Positions 22,138-36,478 of a stretch of DNA of 64,000 bases are shown piece after piece. This DNA comes from Pristiophorus japonicus. Taxonomy: Eukaryota. Position numbers and translations under genes: made by a program. The stretch covers positions 130,324,001-130,388,000 of the forward strand of contig NC_091980.1 in the NCBI RefSeq assembly GCF_044704955.1, in the 5' to 3' direction. Positions within the stretch are counted from its first letter, which is position 1. Every line of letters starts with the position of its first letter. Below the pieces are notes generated by a model. That model did no database searches. It saw nothing but the letters and a program-made list of their open reading frames with translations, and had not been told where the DNA came from.

Positions 22138-25100
22138 TGTTAGCATGAATGTTTTCTCAGAAGAATCACTCAACACTCAGTTGGTTCCAATGCCAATGCG
22201 GCCTTTATTTTGGCATGCGGGGAGGAAGCCTCAGAACTGGATCCAGGCACTTCTCTCCGACGAACAAAGAAACTCATTGATATTTATGTTTTACAATAGT
22301 TCTTTACAGTTACTCAGCCCACTTCGGCTGGTCACAATCCAATCATAACGATTTTCGATTACATATAGGTTTCTTTAACCCAATAGAATTCCCCATATAC
22401 CTCAGGGGCTGTATGTTCGGTTTGTCAGCTCGGGCTGATTAATGATCTCGTTGTGAGGCAGGTTCTCCCATTATCTCTGTTCCTCGTGGCTCGGCTGTGT
22501 GAATTCACTGATTATACCAGTGTACTATAATGGTTCATTTATAATTATCTTGTATCCAAGGCATTCCTGGTAGTGGGCCTCACTAGGTCATTGCTCGGTC
22601 AGCCCCAGTTCATTACTTGACTAATTGAGTACCCATCATGCCTGGGCAGCCATTTTATGTGTGGCCACTTTAAACTTGAGTTTAGATATATTCAGCAGGT
22701 GCCTAATGCCGACAACAATTCCCCCCCCCCTCCCCCTTAACTGACCGTCCTACTTTTAGATTTTGTGCACGGCCTGGTACTCCCTGCCTCAATGTGCTGG
22801 CGAGTCATGTGGTTTCAGGAGTCCCGGTTGCTTAAATCAAATTAACAAAGGCCAAATCCTCCTGCCCCTTTATTAGACAGGCTTGTTTAGTATTTGGGGA
22901 CCGGTCATGGGTCCCTCTTCGTCGTGCTTGGTGCCTGCATGCCTGGCAGGCCATTCTGCCCCATGTTAATTCTAAGATCAATTGTATCCCGACCAGTATG
23001 TGAAATTATTCGAATCCAAGGATGGATGTTCACATTTATTCCCCACTCCCAGACCTTTCTCCACCAACTCTGACTTTGTAAGTCTACTTCGATATCATCT
23101 TTCAGTACTTTGATTTTAGTTTGCAGTTAGTGGTAGAGCTTTACGATTGACCCACCCTGAGCCTCACTTCTCGTAATACTTCGGTTAGATGTGGGATCGG
23201 GACCTGCTCTGGCTCGTCATAATCCTGCAAACGATCGTGGAGCTGATCGGTTACATCAATAACTTCAGGCTTCCGGTGCCTAACCTGGGTGATATGCGCT
23301 TGCCCGATTGTGACAGGTCGTAGCGGCGCAAAGCAAATGTTCGGCTGTGGTATCGGGCACTGCAGGTCATTATACCGGTATGAACGCTCTGTGGTAGAGA
23401 CGCAGTATCTTCCCTTCCCTCTGTAACCTACCCTCGCGAAGTGCCTGTGTGCGGGCACTATTTCTAGTACACACCCATCGGTTCGGTTAAACCCGCACTC
23501 GTCTAGCTCATCTTGGCCTACCGGGTGAGGGCTTACTGCGATCTCCCCCTTTGCTTGCATTCTGTTAGGGAGATCCTGGTTTCTCCTCATCTCAGTCCCA
23601 AATGGCCGACCCCTTACCCTGAGACTGTGACTCCTGGTTCTAGACTCCCCAGCCCGGAGGGGAAACAGCCTCCCAGTATCTAAGCTGAATTATATATGTC
23701 GTATGTCTTTTCGACGAACGGCGGATGTGCTGGTCAGATAGTAACGTATGGAGACATTTTTCCGTATTACTCCGATATTCTCTAGTTGGTACAGGGGGAA
23801 CGGCCCTGAGTCCGGCGTGGCGATAGGATCATCAGGACTATCCCTATCCCAGTATTGCTACCCATCTGGCAATCTGGAATTGCTGGGTGTACTCTGGTCA
23901 GTCCCTTCAGAGTACAATTATCCTTTGTCCCCCTCTGCTTAGCCAACTGAGCTAAATGTGAACTGTCTATCCAATCGGGTACTTCCCCGCGTTGGATCTG
24001 GTTGAGATTGTGGCGGATCTGTCCCACCATCCACAGACCATAAGCGTGACAGAGTTGCCCCAGTCTTTGCTTTCCTGTATCTTCTTTTTCTCTATCAATG
24101 AGGTGATTGATGGTTTTGGCGTGAGCTTCCAGGACTCAGATGCCATCCAACTGGATTTTGGCACCCTCCTTTCCTAGGTTGTACATTGTACATTTTCTTT
24201 GACTCTTCTGTATAGTATTCCGGCATCTGTATGCCTGAAATATTGATCAGGACAGACACAATTTCATGTTTAACATTCTCATACAATAATTCCCCTTTGT
24301 TGTACATTACAATCCCATTTTCTGATCCCTTAGTAGTTATGGGACAAGGCAGTTCCTCGGGCAATGTAGTGGTTCTTATGGGGCGGAGTGGCTGAGAAGC
24401 ATACATACAATGATATTGCAGCTGACCCCACCTCCTCGTAGTACCCACACAGCCCCACTCTCTTTTTGCAGATGCCTGATTTCTGGGACTGTCCCGGAGG
24501 TGTGCAAATTATGCCGAAAGTACATTCATTGGGCCCTTTGACATCCCTCCGTTTAATGCAGCTGCTCCTTATACCCGTGGAGCACTGTACACATACCCGG
24601 TTCTTATTAGGATTCACTTGTAACCATGCATTAAAATAAGTCCTGTCCTTGCTCCAGTCCTTGGCTGCTGGGATGCACATTCCATCCGTTAAATTAAACG
24701 ACTCCATAGTTCATGTAGTTTATTTCCTGAGTGCGCTGCAATCTGTTGGTATCATCCAGTGTTTGCGTGGGTCTTGAGGTTCCCAGTATCATGAGTCCCC
24801 AGAGTCGAAGTCACCACTGTGGTCCCATCTTGGTGAGTGTTTTATCTGAAAATTTTAAACCGATAGCCTGGTTGTCACCAGGTGTTAGGTTCTGGTCTAC
24901 TTGTGTCGTTGTCACTCTGTGGAATCGGAGGTAAGGATTAGGTTAACCATATTCTTTATAGTCGTACCATCTCTATCACTTCATGTCCCTGTCTGGGCTG
25001 CTGTCGGTTTTGCGTATGAGCCTGCTGTGCTCGAGCCTGCACGATGACCCATCTAAATATTATCCAAACTCCAATCAACATCAATGCCACCATTATTCCT

Positions 25101-28100
25101 CCAAACATCGCTGTCTGCTTTACCGTTGGGTTGGGTTTGTGGACTACACCTACCCACCGTGGGGTACATTGGCTCTATTGCCATAGGTGATGGTGCTATG
25201 GCTGTGCACTGCACTATCCATCTAGTCCTGTTTTTAAAACATCTCTTCCAGCCTGTTTATCTTAGCATTTAACTCTTGACCAGCTAGTTCTGTTTTATTT
25301 TAATTCTGAATATTCCACCATTTCCTCTGTCAGGTGAGTCTTCTTTATTTTATTAAGAAATCCAAATTAATAATGTCCAGTATAAAACAGCTGTCAATGG
25401 AAAGGGTTAACTGCTTTACAGGTTTGTAAGAAAGCCTGATGTCATTACGTGACTTCATGTAATCATCCGAAAAAAAATTTTTTTCAAGTCTTTGTGCCTT
25501 AAACTTGCTTAGAAATTAGGAATCTGTTAAACAGCATAAATCATTAGTAACGTGGTCATCATAAAAAATCTTCTCATTGGGAAAGACAGCATTTTAGATT
25601 AAACTCCAATTTTTTCTTAACTTCTAATTCAAGTACTTGCCAAATAATTTTTTTAAATTGATTTAAGACGAGACCACACATTTTTAATAGCTATTTTGTT
25701 TACTGAAATTCATTTTTTTATATTTTTTATTTCTCTCAGCACAAAATGTAAACATCTGTGCCAGTTCCATTTTCTATAAGAATTTAAAATTTCAGTAAGA
25801 TTCTCTAATTCCCAGTTTTTTTTTCTTTCTGTGCTGAGTTCGCATAGCTTGGGTCTTTTCTCCTCGTTCTCTTCAAAACCCTCCTGCTTGTTTAGACTGT
25901 TCGGGACTTTTCTTGATAAACACTGTCCATTTTGGAAATCTTTTCAAAGTGCATTGAAACTTTCTCATAATTTAAAATCTTTATCGATGTAGAGTGTCTT
26001 TTACCTCTTCCAGTTTTTTCTTTTTCTAATTAAACCAATATCTTTTTCACAGCAAACATCAACCAGTATTTAGTAAGTTTAGTCTTTTTCCATCACAAAC
26101 ATTTTTTTTTTAGCACTTATTTAGCACGTTACATCATTTTTTTTTTCAGATCTCCTTTCTTCAAATTTAGGTTTTGTATTCTACACGGAGGGCTCGTGAC
26201 TCCACAAATTTGTTAATTTAAAATCATTTGTTTACTTTCAAAGTGTCGTCTTTATCTTTTTCTTTTCTCCATGACTAGAATGGAGTCCAGCAATTAGGTT
26301 TCGAGGGCTGCTTTTTGTGATCTCAAAATGCTCCAATTTCAAAGTCGTTAAAATGTCTCTTCTAAACTGCTAAAGCTTGCTGTTTTCAACATTTTTCAAA
26401 AGTCCCTTTTACACCTTTGCAGATAGTTCGCCACTCGCCCAGGAGTTTGACCTGATCCCTGAAGGTATTTCTAGATTGTTTCCAAACCTTTTAATTTTAT
26501 CTCATTTTTTCCTTTAAGAGATCAGATTTAATAATTTTTTTTTTTTGAATCCACCTCAGTATTTTGCTGTGCCTTCTCTGAATATCTCAAAATCCTAATG
26601 TAAATCTTTATTTAAAACCTTTTTTGAGCTAGAATTTTTTTTTTTAAAAAGGCATTCTTTATCTCATTCCTAGACTAAATTTATGTCTTTCAACCCAATG
26701 TAATCAATCATTGCATGTTTTCTTTTGACAAGTAAGTGAGCGTGTCAAATAAATTATTTTTTTTAAACCACCGGGACTATGTATTTTTTATCTTTTGCTC
26801 AACAAACCTATCCTTTGTACATTTCCTAGCTCTGTAACTTATCATCCAAATAAATCCACACCTGCGTTTCTAACTTAAAATGTCTTAAAACTTCCCACAT
26901 ACAGGATAACACTACAAAGGGTTTTAAAAAAAAAAACTTTCACTCTGTTTAGAAAAGTGGGTGGAGCTAAAATAAACAGACACTTGCATTCCTCTTCCAA
27001 CCAGGCTTTTGGAAACATGAAAACATAAAAAAATTCATTCGGCAGTCAAGAAATCACAAGGACTCAACAACATACATTCACAAGTCTCTCCATTCAACAA
27101 GCTTAATTTTTTTTTTGGCCAGCTCTATTCTTGGATCCATACTTCACTTAAGATTAAAAAAAAATAAAAAAAAACCTGATAGTGATTATTTCTTACATGT
27201 TGATTTACTTCCTGTTTGTTTTACGTGGGCTCGCAGTATCAAAACTACAGCCTTTTCATTTTTGTCTTTCTTTTCCTTCTCCCACCATTCCGCTGGTCTG
27301 CTGGCAGGTCCTGAGGATCCCACCCTACTCGAATCATTTTCTCGATTTTGTTTTTCCGCCAGGTGGTGGGTAAGGGACCCTTCTGGTCCCCACTCGGTTA
27401 TTTGTTTTATTGGCCATACCTGGGTAGGACTAGAACCATTAGGAATCTACTCTCGGAGGTCCGCTTTCTACCTAGCGTAACTTGTAGTAGACCGTCTCCT
27501 GGCTACTCTCAGGTCACAAGTTCTGCTGTTGCACAAACTTATTCAATTCTTAAAACGCGTTTAAGCAATTCCCGCAGTGCTCTACGTATCCTTAACGACT
27601 ACCTACCACCGCTCTGCCCGTTGGTCAGACCCTGTTCACAGGTTTGGATTCCGTTAGCTGCTGTACACCGCTTGGTTCTACTCCGGGGTATATTTCAAAT
27701 TACACTAATGGGTCCGGAAGATGTCTTTCAGTATCATGATCCCACAGTCCAAGTGTGTTCCCGGCACCTACTTAGTTCCTGGCTGCCACGTGGGACTAAA
27801 GTCCTCTTAATTCAGGCTCAGGCTAGGTGTTTGAGATATTGGACTGTCTCCTCATGTTTATCTTCCAGCATCCACCTTCCGCACCAGTTATAAAATTTTG
27901 TTTAAGGTATACACACCCGGTTTCTCCAAGAGCGCCACTATTAGCGTGAATGTGTTCTCCCAAGAATCACAACACTGAGTCGGTTCCAACGCCAATGTGG
28001 CCTTTATTTTGCATGTTGGGAGGAAGCCTCACGACTGGATCCAGGCATTTCTCTCCGACGAATAAAGAAACTCATCGATATTTATATGTTTTACAATAGT

Positions 28101-28517
28101 GCTTTACAGTTAGCCCACTTTGGCTGGTCACAATCCAATCATAACGATTATAGATTACATATAGGTTTCTTTAACCCAATAGAATTCCCCATATACCTCA
28201 GGGGCTGTATGTTTGGTTTTGTCAGCTTGGGCTGATTAATGACCTCGTTATGTGAGGCAGGATCTCTCCTTATCTCTGTTCCTCGTGGCTCGGCTGTGTG
28301 AAGTCACTGATTATACCAGTGTACTATAATGGTTTGTTATAATTATCTTGTTTCCAAGGCATTCCTGGTAGTGGGCCTCACTACGTCATTGCTCGGTCAG
28401 CCCCAGTTCATTACTTGACTAATTGAGTACCCATCATGCCTGGGCAGCCATTTTATGTGTGGCCACTTTAAGCATATGAGTTTGGATATATTCAGCAGGT
28501 CCCTAATGCCTACAACA
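22138..28517 (-). mobile_element. Non-autonomous ERV-like LTR element (env remnant, no recognisable gag-pol) in intron 1 of A2
   Basis: LTRs 22138-22717 and 27939-28517; 5-bp TSD CAGTA; G-rich PPT at about 22721-22738; PBS-like TGGCGCTC... at about 27920-27937. Empty site GCCAGTAAAACTC at about 62677-62689 in the paralogous intron. Confidence 0.9.
22900..24828 (-). pseudogene. env: Decayed class I fusion (env) gene, foamy-Env/F-protein-like
   Basis: Cys-rich fragments, then GQIRHNLNQIQRGEVPDWIDS, PLYQLENIGVI, ECGFNRTDGCVLE..GKGRYCVST, a heptad LTEVLREVRLRV, a Trp-rich WWRKVWEWG and a hydrophobic TM-like segment. Frameshifted and interrupted by a CR1 fragment (about 23580-23682). Confidence 0.65.
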
Positions 28518-28919
28518 CAGTAAAACTCAGCTAGCTTTTCTCTTTTTTTTTTTTTATATACAATATGAATTCTGCACTGTGACTCGATCTCTAGTTTAGG
28601 AAGTTGCTTTGACTGCCAATACTGCCTCTCAATTAGCCTATACAAAATGTATTTGGGTTAATAAAGTAGTATTATTAGAGCATGCTACTGGTGACCAGGG
28701 TATAAATTTTGTGGCAACTCCTTCACTAATTTCCAGAGCCAAAATGAATATAGGGTGCCAAGATTAAGATTCCAGTTTTAAGCATGTTCAATCAAAGCTG
28801 AATTGGTGATTATGGAGTGATGCAGCACAGGAGGCCATTCAGCCCATTGTGCCTTGCTGAATGTTGGGTGGAGCGAAACAACTGTTTCCATAGCCTGCAA
28901 ATTTTTCTAAATCACGCAA

Positions 28920-30260
28920 GAGGATGAGACTGGGGAATTAGTAATGGGCAACATAGAGATGGCAGAAAATCTGAACAAATATCTTGTATCTGTTTTGACA
29001 GTAGAGGACAGGAACAACATTCCAATGGTGGATAGTCAAGGGGCTATAGAGGGGAGGTACTTAATGCAGTAACAATCACCTGATGAGGTAGGACTCACTA
29101 AGATAATTGGGCTAAAGGCAGATAAATGGTCCTGAAGGCTTGCATCCTAGGGTCTTGAGAAGTAGCGGCAGGGATTGTGGATGCATTGGTTGTAATTTAC
29201 CACAATTCCCTGGATTCTGGGGAGGTCCCAGCAGATTGGAAAGATGCAAATGTAATGCCCCTATATTTTTTATTATTTTTGAAAAGTCGGAAACTATAGA
29301 CCAGTTTGCCTAATATCTGATTGGAAAAATGTTGGTGTCCATTATTAACATAGCAGCAGGGACATTTGGAGAAGCAAAATTTGATCGGGTAGAGTCTGCA
29401 TGGATTTATGAAGGGGAAGTCGTGTTTGATATATTTGCTGGCATTCTTTGAGGATGTAATGAACAGGGTTGATGGTGAACCAGTGGCTGTGGTGTATTTG
29501 GACTTCCAGAAGGCATTTGACAAGGTGCCACAAAATTACTGCACAAGATGAAAGTTCACAGGCTTTGGGGGTAATATACTAGCATGGATAGAGGATTGGC
29601 TAAAGAACCGAGTCAGGAAAAATGGTTCATTCTCTGGTTGGCAACCAGTATCTAGTAGAGTGCTGCAGGGATTAGTGCTGGGACCCCAACATATATTACA
29701 CTCTGTCCCTCCATCCAAGTCTGTAACGTAGCCTAGTTTGTTGTTCCTCCCAACTTTGTCAGTAATGTGTGAGAACACACATCTGCAAAAGGACATCGGC
29801 AGGCTAAGTGAGTGGGCAAAAATTTGACTGTTGGAAAGTGAGGTCATGCACTTTAGCAGAAAAAAAAATCAGAGCAAATTTTTATTTTAAATGAAGCAAG
29901 ATTGCAAAGTGCCACAGTACAGCGGAGTGGAGTGGAGTGGAGTTATTGAAATGTATAAGATTGAGGGGGCTTGACTGCGTGGATACAGAGAGGATGTTCC
30001 TGCTGATGGGGGAGACTACAACTAGAGGCATGATCTTAGAATAAGGGGCTGCCCATATAGAACTGAGAAAGTTCTTAAGGGTTGTCAATCTGTGGAATTT
30101 GCTGAGCTGTGGAAAGCTGAGACATTGAATAAATTTAAGACTGTAATACAGTTTCTTAAATGCTAAGGGATTATGTGGGGATAAGTCCATGATCAGATCA
30201 GCCATAATATTAAATGGTGGAACAGGCTCTGAGCTGTGTGGTCTACTCATGTTCATATTT
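28920..30260 (+). mobile_element. Degraded CR1-type LINE in intron 1 of type A genes
   Basis: Remnants reading W..ANV.PL, HGFMKGKSC and VYLDFQKAFDKVP. Paralog at 63060-64000. Confidence 0.8.
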
Positions 30261-31125
30261 CTCATAAGTTTCCCTATGGCTGGAGCTGAAATTATCCAAT
30301 GTCTTTACCAGGTTAGTAGAGTAGGTGCTAGTTTCCATAACTATACATTCAAGTTCAGTGAGACTGAGCCCTTAAAGCAAGAAAAATGAGTTTGACTTCA
30401 TGTACAGTGCCCATGATGATGGGTGTGCCATGCAATAATCAACTACTCTTCTGATCCCTCCGCAGTCCTTCTACTTTGACCGGGATGATGTTGCCCTGCG
30501 TCACTTTGCTGAGTTCTTCAAGAAGCAGTCACATGAGGAATGTGAGCGTGCTGAGAAACTGATGGAATTCCAGAATCAGCGTGGAGGTCGAATCATCTAG
30601 GCAGACATCAAGGTTTGGCTCCATAAACGAGGGGCCTTCTGTTTGGTTCCCCTTAGACTGATTGTTCACAATACATTGTAAAGGAGTTTGTTCCAATTTA
30701 CAGCACAGGAACCAGCCATTCGGACAAACTGGTCCATGCTGATCAGGCTTCAGACATTGTCCTCCCACCTTGCTTTATCCAGCAACATATCGTTCTATTC
30801 CTTTTTCCCTCATGTACTTATTTAGTTTCCCCTCAAATACATTTATGCTATTCACCTCATAAATTTGACACCGGTAGTTGACTTAATGCAGTAATTCAAT
30901 ATTCTAACACATTGGTTCATGGTAACCTAGACTTCTGATTGCAATTTTTCCATCCCTAATTTCCTTCAATACTGTCCTATTTCCAAACCTGTTTTTATTG
31001 CTTGTACTATTACATATGTGCCACCAGAGGGCACTGCAGTCAAACTTGCAGCTGACCTGTACAGGTGTGCCAGGCCCAGTATAAAAGGCAGGCCAACAGG
31101 TGATCCTCACCATGGAGTTCCATTA

Positions 31126-34100
31126 TGTAAAGTCCTGTCCCCTCAGTACAGCTTCTCACAAGGCAAGTAGTGAAGTCAAGGTCACTCTGGACCTGCACCT
31201 TTATTTCACAGCTCTGGAATGCTGCACTTGTGTGAGACCTGTCCTTGTATAACCTGTCTCTCGCAAGTGCACCCCTGGTGGTCAGGTATGCTGGTGCTTA
31301 CAGGTCATATCTTAGTCATGTATAGTATGTTAGGATACAGTTATATATAATGTAAGATACATGACATCACCCTCCCCCAAGGTCTTATTTTCTTTATAGC
31401 TTCAGTCTCTCGTGTGGAGCGTTTGAGTTGTGGTTCAGTTGTTTGCCTTGGTGTCTGTATCTTTGGGTGTGGTTGCTGGTATCTCGCCAGGGCTGTCTGT
31501 TTAAATTGGTGTTGTTGTTGTTGACTCGCCTGGGCTGTCTGTTGCAATGGTGCTTTCCTCAGGTTGTTCCCTCTCTGTCCACCAGGTGTGATGCGACTTC
31601 CACATTATAGTCTGCCTCTGGTTCTGCAGTGTTGTTGGTAAATCTGCTTTTTACTTGGTCTACATGCCTCTGGCAGGTTTTGCCATTGTCCACTTGTACT
31701 ACCAGTAGCCTGTTTCCTTCCTTGCCCATTACTGTCCCTGCAAGCCATTTGGGACCCCTGCCATAGTTTAGTACAATCACTTTGTCCCCTATCTCATTCC
31801 ATCTCCCCCTCGAATTTCTGTCATGGTACTCGGTCAGCTTACAGCGCTTTGCCTCAATGATTTCGTGGATGTCTGGGAGGATTAATGAGAGCCTTGTTTT
31901 TAAAGTCAATTTCATCAACAGTTGCACGGGGGGATCCCAGTCAGTGAGTGCGGACGAGATCTGTATGCCAGCAGCAGTCGTCGCAACAGGCTACCCTGCA
32001 GCGTGGGACCTTGGATATTAAGCATGCCTTGTTTAATGATTTGCATTGCTCTCTCCGCCTGGCCTTTGGAGGCTGGCTTGAACGGTGCTGTCTTGACGTG
32101 ATTTATGCCGTGGTCAATTATAAAAGCTTGGAATTCTGCGCTGGTGAAGCACGGACCATTGTCACTGACCAATATGTCAGGGATTCCGTGCATTGCAAAC
32201 ATGGTTGCGAGGCTCTCCAGTGGTGGAGGTTGTGATCGAGTTTAAAATGGTGCATTCAATCCACTTTGAAAATGCATCTACAACTACGAGGAACATTTTG
32301 CCCATGAATGGGCCCACATAGTCTACGTACACCCGTGACCATGGTTTGGTAGGCCAGGGGCTCAGGGGAGCCTCCCTGGAGGCATTGCTGAGTTGGGAAC
32401 AAATGGTGCACCTTCGGATGCAGAGCTCCAAGTCTGCATCAATACCAGCCCACCAGACGTGGGATCTGGCTGTGGCCTTCATAACGATCCCTGGGTGCTC
32501 GCGGTGGAGCTCCCGGACAAATGCCTCTCTGCCTCGCAGAGGCATGACTACTCGGCTGCCTCACATCAGGCAGTCTGCTTGTAGTGATAGCTCATGCATG
32601 CGCCTGTGAAAGGGTTTTAATTCCTCGGGGCAGGCATTGCGAGCCTCTGCCCAGTCACCGGTGAGGACATATCTTTTTACTAAGGATAATGTGGGGTCGC
32701 TGTTCGTCTAGGCTCTGATTTGGAAAGCTGTCATGGGCGAACCTGTGGACTCAAAGGCATTGATTGCCTTGACAATCTCTCAGTCCTGTTCGTGAGACCC
32801 TTCTGTGGTCACCAGGGGTAGCCTGCTGAGCACGTCGGCACAGTTGTCTGTGCCTTATGGTATAGTCGTAGGACGCCAGTATGAGTGGCCACTGTTGAAT
32901 TCGTGCTGAGGCTTTGGCGTTTATTGCCTTGCTCTTGGATAGGAGGGACGTGAGGGGCTTGTGGTCGGTTCCTAACGCGAACTTGGCCCCGAAAAGGTAT
33001 TGGTCTATCTTTTTGACACCGTACATGCATGCGAGCACCTCCTTCTCTACCATTCCGTACCCGTGCTCCACCTGCAAAAGTGACCTGGAGACATAAGCTA
33101 TGGGTTGTAATTTGCCTGCACTATTGACCTGTTGCAAAACGCACCCAACCCCAATAGCTGATGCATCGCATGTGAGAACTAACTTTTTACTTGCGTCAGA
33201 GAAAGTCAAAACACTGTTGGAACACAGAAGGTTGTGTGCCTTATTGAAGGCAAGTTCCTGGGCATCCCCCCAAAACTTATCGCACCCCTTCCTGAATAGC
33301 ATGTGGAGAGGCTCCAGCAGCATGCTCAAGTTCTGCATAAAGTTCCCAAAATAATTGAGTAGCCCGAGAAAGGCGTGCAGTTCTGAGACATTCCGGGGCC
33401 TGGGTGCCAGGCGAATTGCTTCTGTATTGGACTCTGTTGGGCGGATTCCAGCAGCGGCCTAATCCTTCTGCCCAAAAATTCAACCTCGGGTGAGAAACAG
33501 GCACTTTGATTTCTTGACTCGTCTGCCTACCCGATCCAACCGCTTTAGTACTTCCTCCAAATTACGGAGATGGGAGTCTGTGTCCTGCCAGTGATAAGTA
33601 TGTCTTGAAATACAACCGTCCTTGGGATGGACTTGAGCAGACTCTCCCTATTGCGTTGGAATATGGCAGCTGCTGACCTGCCAAATGGGAATCGATTGTA
33701 CATGAAAAGGCCTCTGTGTTGATGGTGGTGAGTAGCTTGGATTCCTCGGTCAATTCTTGTCATACGCAGATGAGGTCTAGTTTTGAGAAGTTTACCTCCA
33801 GCCAATGTGGCAAATAAGTCCTCTGCTCTGTGCAGCAGGTACTGGTCCTGTTGGGAGACTCTGTTCATGGTCGACTCGTAGTCCCCACAGATTCGTATGG
33901 ATCCATCAGGCTTCATGACTGGGACAATGGGACTTGCCCAGTCGCTAAATTCCACAGGTGATATAATGCCTTCCTGCAGAAGCCTGTCGAGTTCATGTTC
34001 CATCTTTTCCCTCATCACATAGGGTACAGTTCTGGCCTTGTGATGGACAGGTCTAGCATCCTGTGTAATGTAGATTTTGACTTTGGCCCCTTTGAAAGTG

Positions 34101-35765
34101 CCCACACCTGGCTGAAAGAGATATTCAAATCACTTTATAACTGTTGAGCAGGAGGCCCGTCCCTCTAATGATATGGCATGGACATCATCCCATTTCCAGT
34201 TTAGTTTTGCCAGCCAGCTTCTCCCCAACATTGCAGGGGAGTCTCCGGGGACAATCCACAGGGGAAGTTTGTTCACTGTCTCTTTGTGTGTGACAGAGCA
34301 TGCTGCTGCCAAGGACTGGTATGATTTCTTTGGTATAGGTCCTTAGTTTGGTGTCAAACCTTGAGTTTTGGTCTGTCTCTTTTTTTTAAGCGGCCACAGT
34401 TGTTGAAATTGTTGAGCACACGTGAGATTGATTCGCTCCTGTATCCAGCTCCATGTTGACAGGTATTCTGTTGAGTAGGACCCTCATCATTATAGGAGGC
34501 ATCCTGTTGTAGGAGCAGCGGCCATTGATCGTGTTGACCCGCTGCACATCGGTGTCCCAGGTACTGTCCCTCCTTCTGGTCCGCTTTCCGACCCATACGA
34601 TTCGTATATCAGCCAAGCTGGGTTTTTTTTGCACATGCTGGCCAAATGCCCTATATATTCACAGTTCCTGCAAACAGCCTGCTGAAATCGACAACCCCTT
34701 GACGAGTGCCCACCCCCTCACCTCCAGCACAGACCGCTTCCATTGTTCCCAAAGAATGAGCTGTCTGGCTGATCTCTTGAACTTCTCCTCAGTTTGTAGT
34801 TGATTGCTTGCATTGTGGGTTGATGAGGTGTGAATGGCTGTTCCTGTGGCCCTTGATGGTTTCTGGCGCCGCTGCCTGCTGTCGAGAGCCTGTTCTCCCG
34901 GTTTTGTCTGTGTGGGGGTAGCAGCTTGTTTACTGCTGTGACCACCACCTTCTGATATTTTGTTAGTTGTTGTACCTGCATTTTAAATCAACCTCGTTTC
35001 TTGCCCCTACCAAGAATGTCTGCAACCAGTGCTGCTGCCTCTAAGGTCAGGTTCTTGGTCTCTGAGCTTTCAGAGTATGCCTGCATGGCCTCTTCCTTCA
35101 ATGAAAGTCTCTCAGCATTTCTCTCCTCAGTTCATCTGAGAACTCACATAAATGAGCCAACCTCTGAAGTTCCACCATGAAGTCGGGTATGCTCTGGCCC
35201 ACATAGCATCTGTAGTTGTAGAACCTGTGTCCGGCCATGTGTAGGCTGCTCGCTGGCTTCAGGTGGTCTCTTACCAGTGTGCTCAATTCTTCAAATGACT
35301 TGCTGCTTTCACGGGTGCTAGCAGATCCTTCATAAAAGCGTATGTTTTCGAGCCACAGCTGGTCGAGATGGGCTCTTGTCTGCTTTGTCATCTCCTAACC
35401 AGTCTTTGGTTACAAGGCATTGCTGGACCCTTTCTGTAAATTCCTCCCAATTGTCTCCAGCATTGTACTTTTCATCTGATCTGTTTGCCATTCTGTGGAT
35501 TCTGTAATCCTGTAACTTATCACCACTAAAGTCCTGTCCCCTCAGTACAGACTCACACAAGGCATGTTGTGAAGTCCAGGTCACTCTGGACCTGGACCTT
35601 TATTTCACAGCTCTGGAATGCTGCACTTGCCTGAGACCTGTCCTTGTGTACCTGTCTCTTGCAAGTGCACCCCTGGTGCTAAGGTATGCTGGTGGTTACA
35701 GGTCATATCTTATTATTCATGTATAGCATGTTAGGATAGTTATATATAATGTAAGATACATGACA
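31126..35765 (-). mobile_element. Degraded Ty3/Gypsy element, duplicate of 666-5154, in intron 2 of A2
   Basis: LTRs 31126-31366 and about 35527-35765; flanks CATTA/CATAA; RT ICGDY..VVFQD; RNase H LTCDAS; integrase remnants. Confidence 0.93.
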
Positions 35766-36238
35766 CATAAAATGGACTATGGTCACTACAGTTGAAGTAC
35801 AATACATTGCCTCGTGGAGTCATTATCAGAGCATCTAAAGACAAAAAATATTTGTTTGTTTAACCTGACTTTCCTCTTCAGAAAGCAGAGCAGGATGAGT
35901 GGAGCAATGGCCTGGAGGCCATGCAGAGAGCTCTGCAGATGGAGATGAATGTGAACCAGAGTCTGTTGGATTTGCACAAACTCTCCACTGGGAGCACTGA
36001 CCCTCATGTAAGTTCCTAATTCTTCAATGTGGGCTTTTAGGTAAGTTGCTGTCCTTGAACTTAATTTAAAAAGATCTCTCTGCCCAATAGCTTTGTGTTG
36101 GTCTATATTTTGGGGTAGATATTGTAAATGTCTCTGTTCCCAGCACCTTTTTTGTATAGCAAGTTTTCATCTAAATGATGCAGTAATTCCATCAATTTCA
36201 ATTGCACCACTGAACTATCCTCAATCCAAGAGGATTAA

Positions 36239-36478
<240 letters not shown>

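Noticed and set aside
27348-27893. 181-aa + strand ORF in the leader of the env-only element
   Set aside because: Non-ATG start, antisense to the element, and no recognisable motifs.
27918-27938. Assigning the env-only element PBS to a specific tRNA
   Set aside because: TGGCGCTCTTGGAGAAAC matches no tRNA end I can recall beyond the first ~7 nt (closest Ser or Lys); left unassigned.
30598-30600. Programmed readthrough of the A2 TAG
   Set aside because: Paralogs have TTG and the same exon carries other damaging changes; pseudogenisation is simpler.
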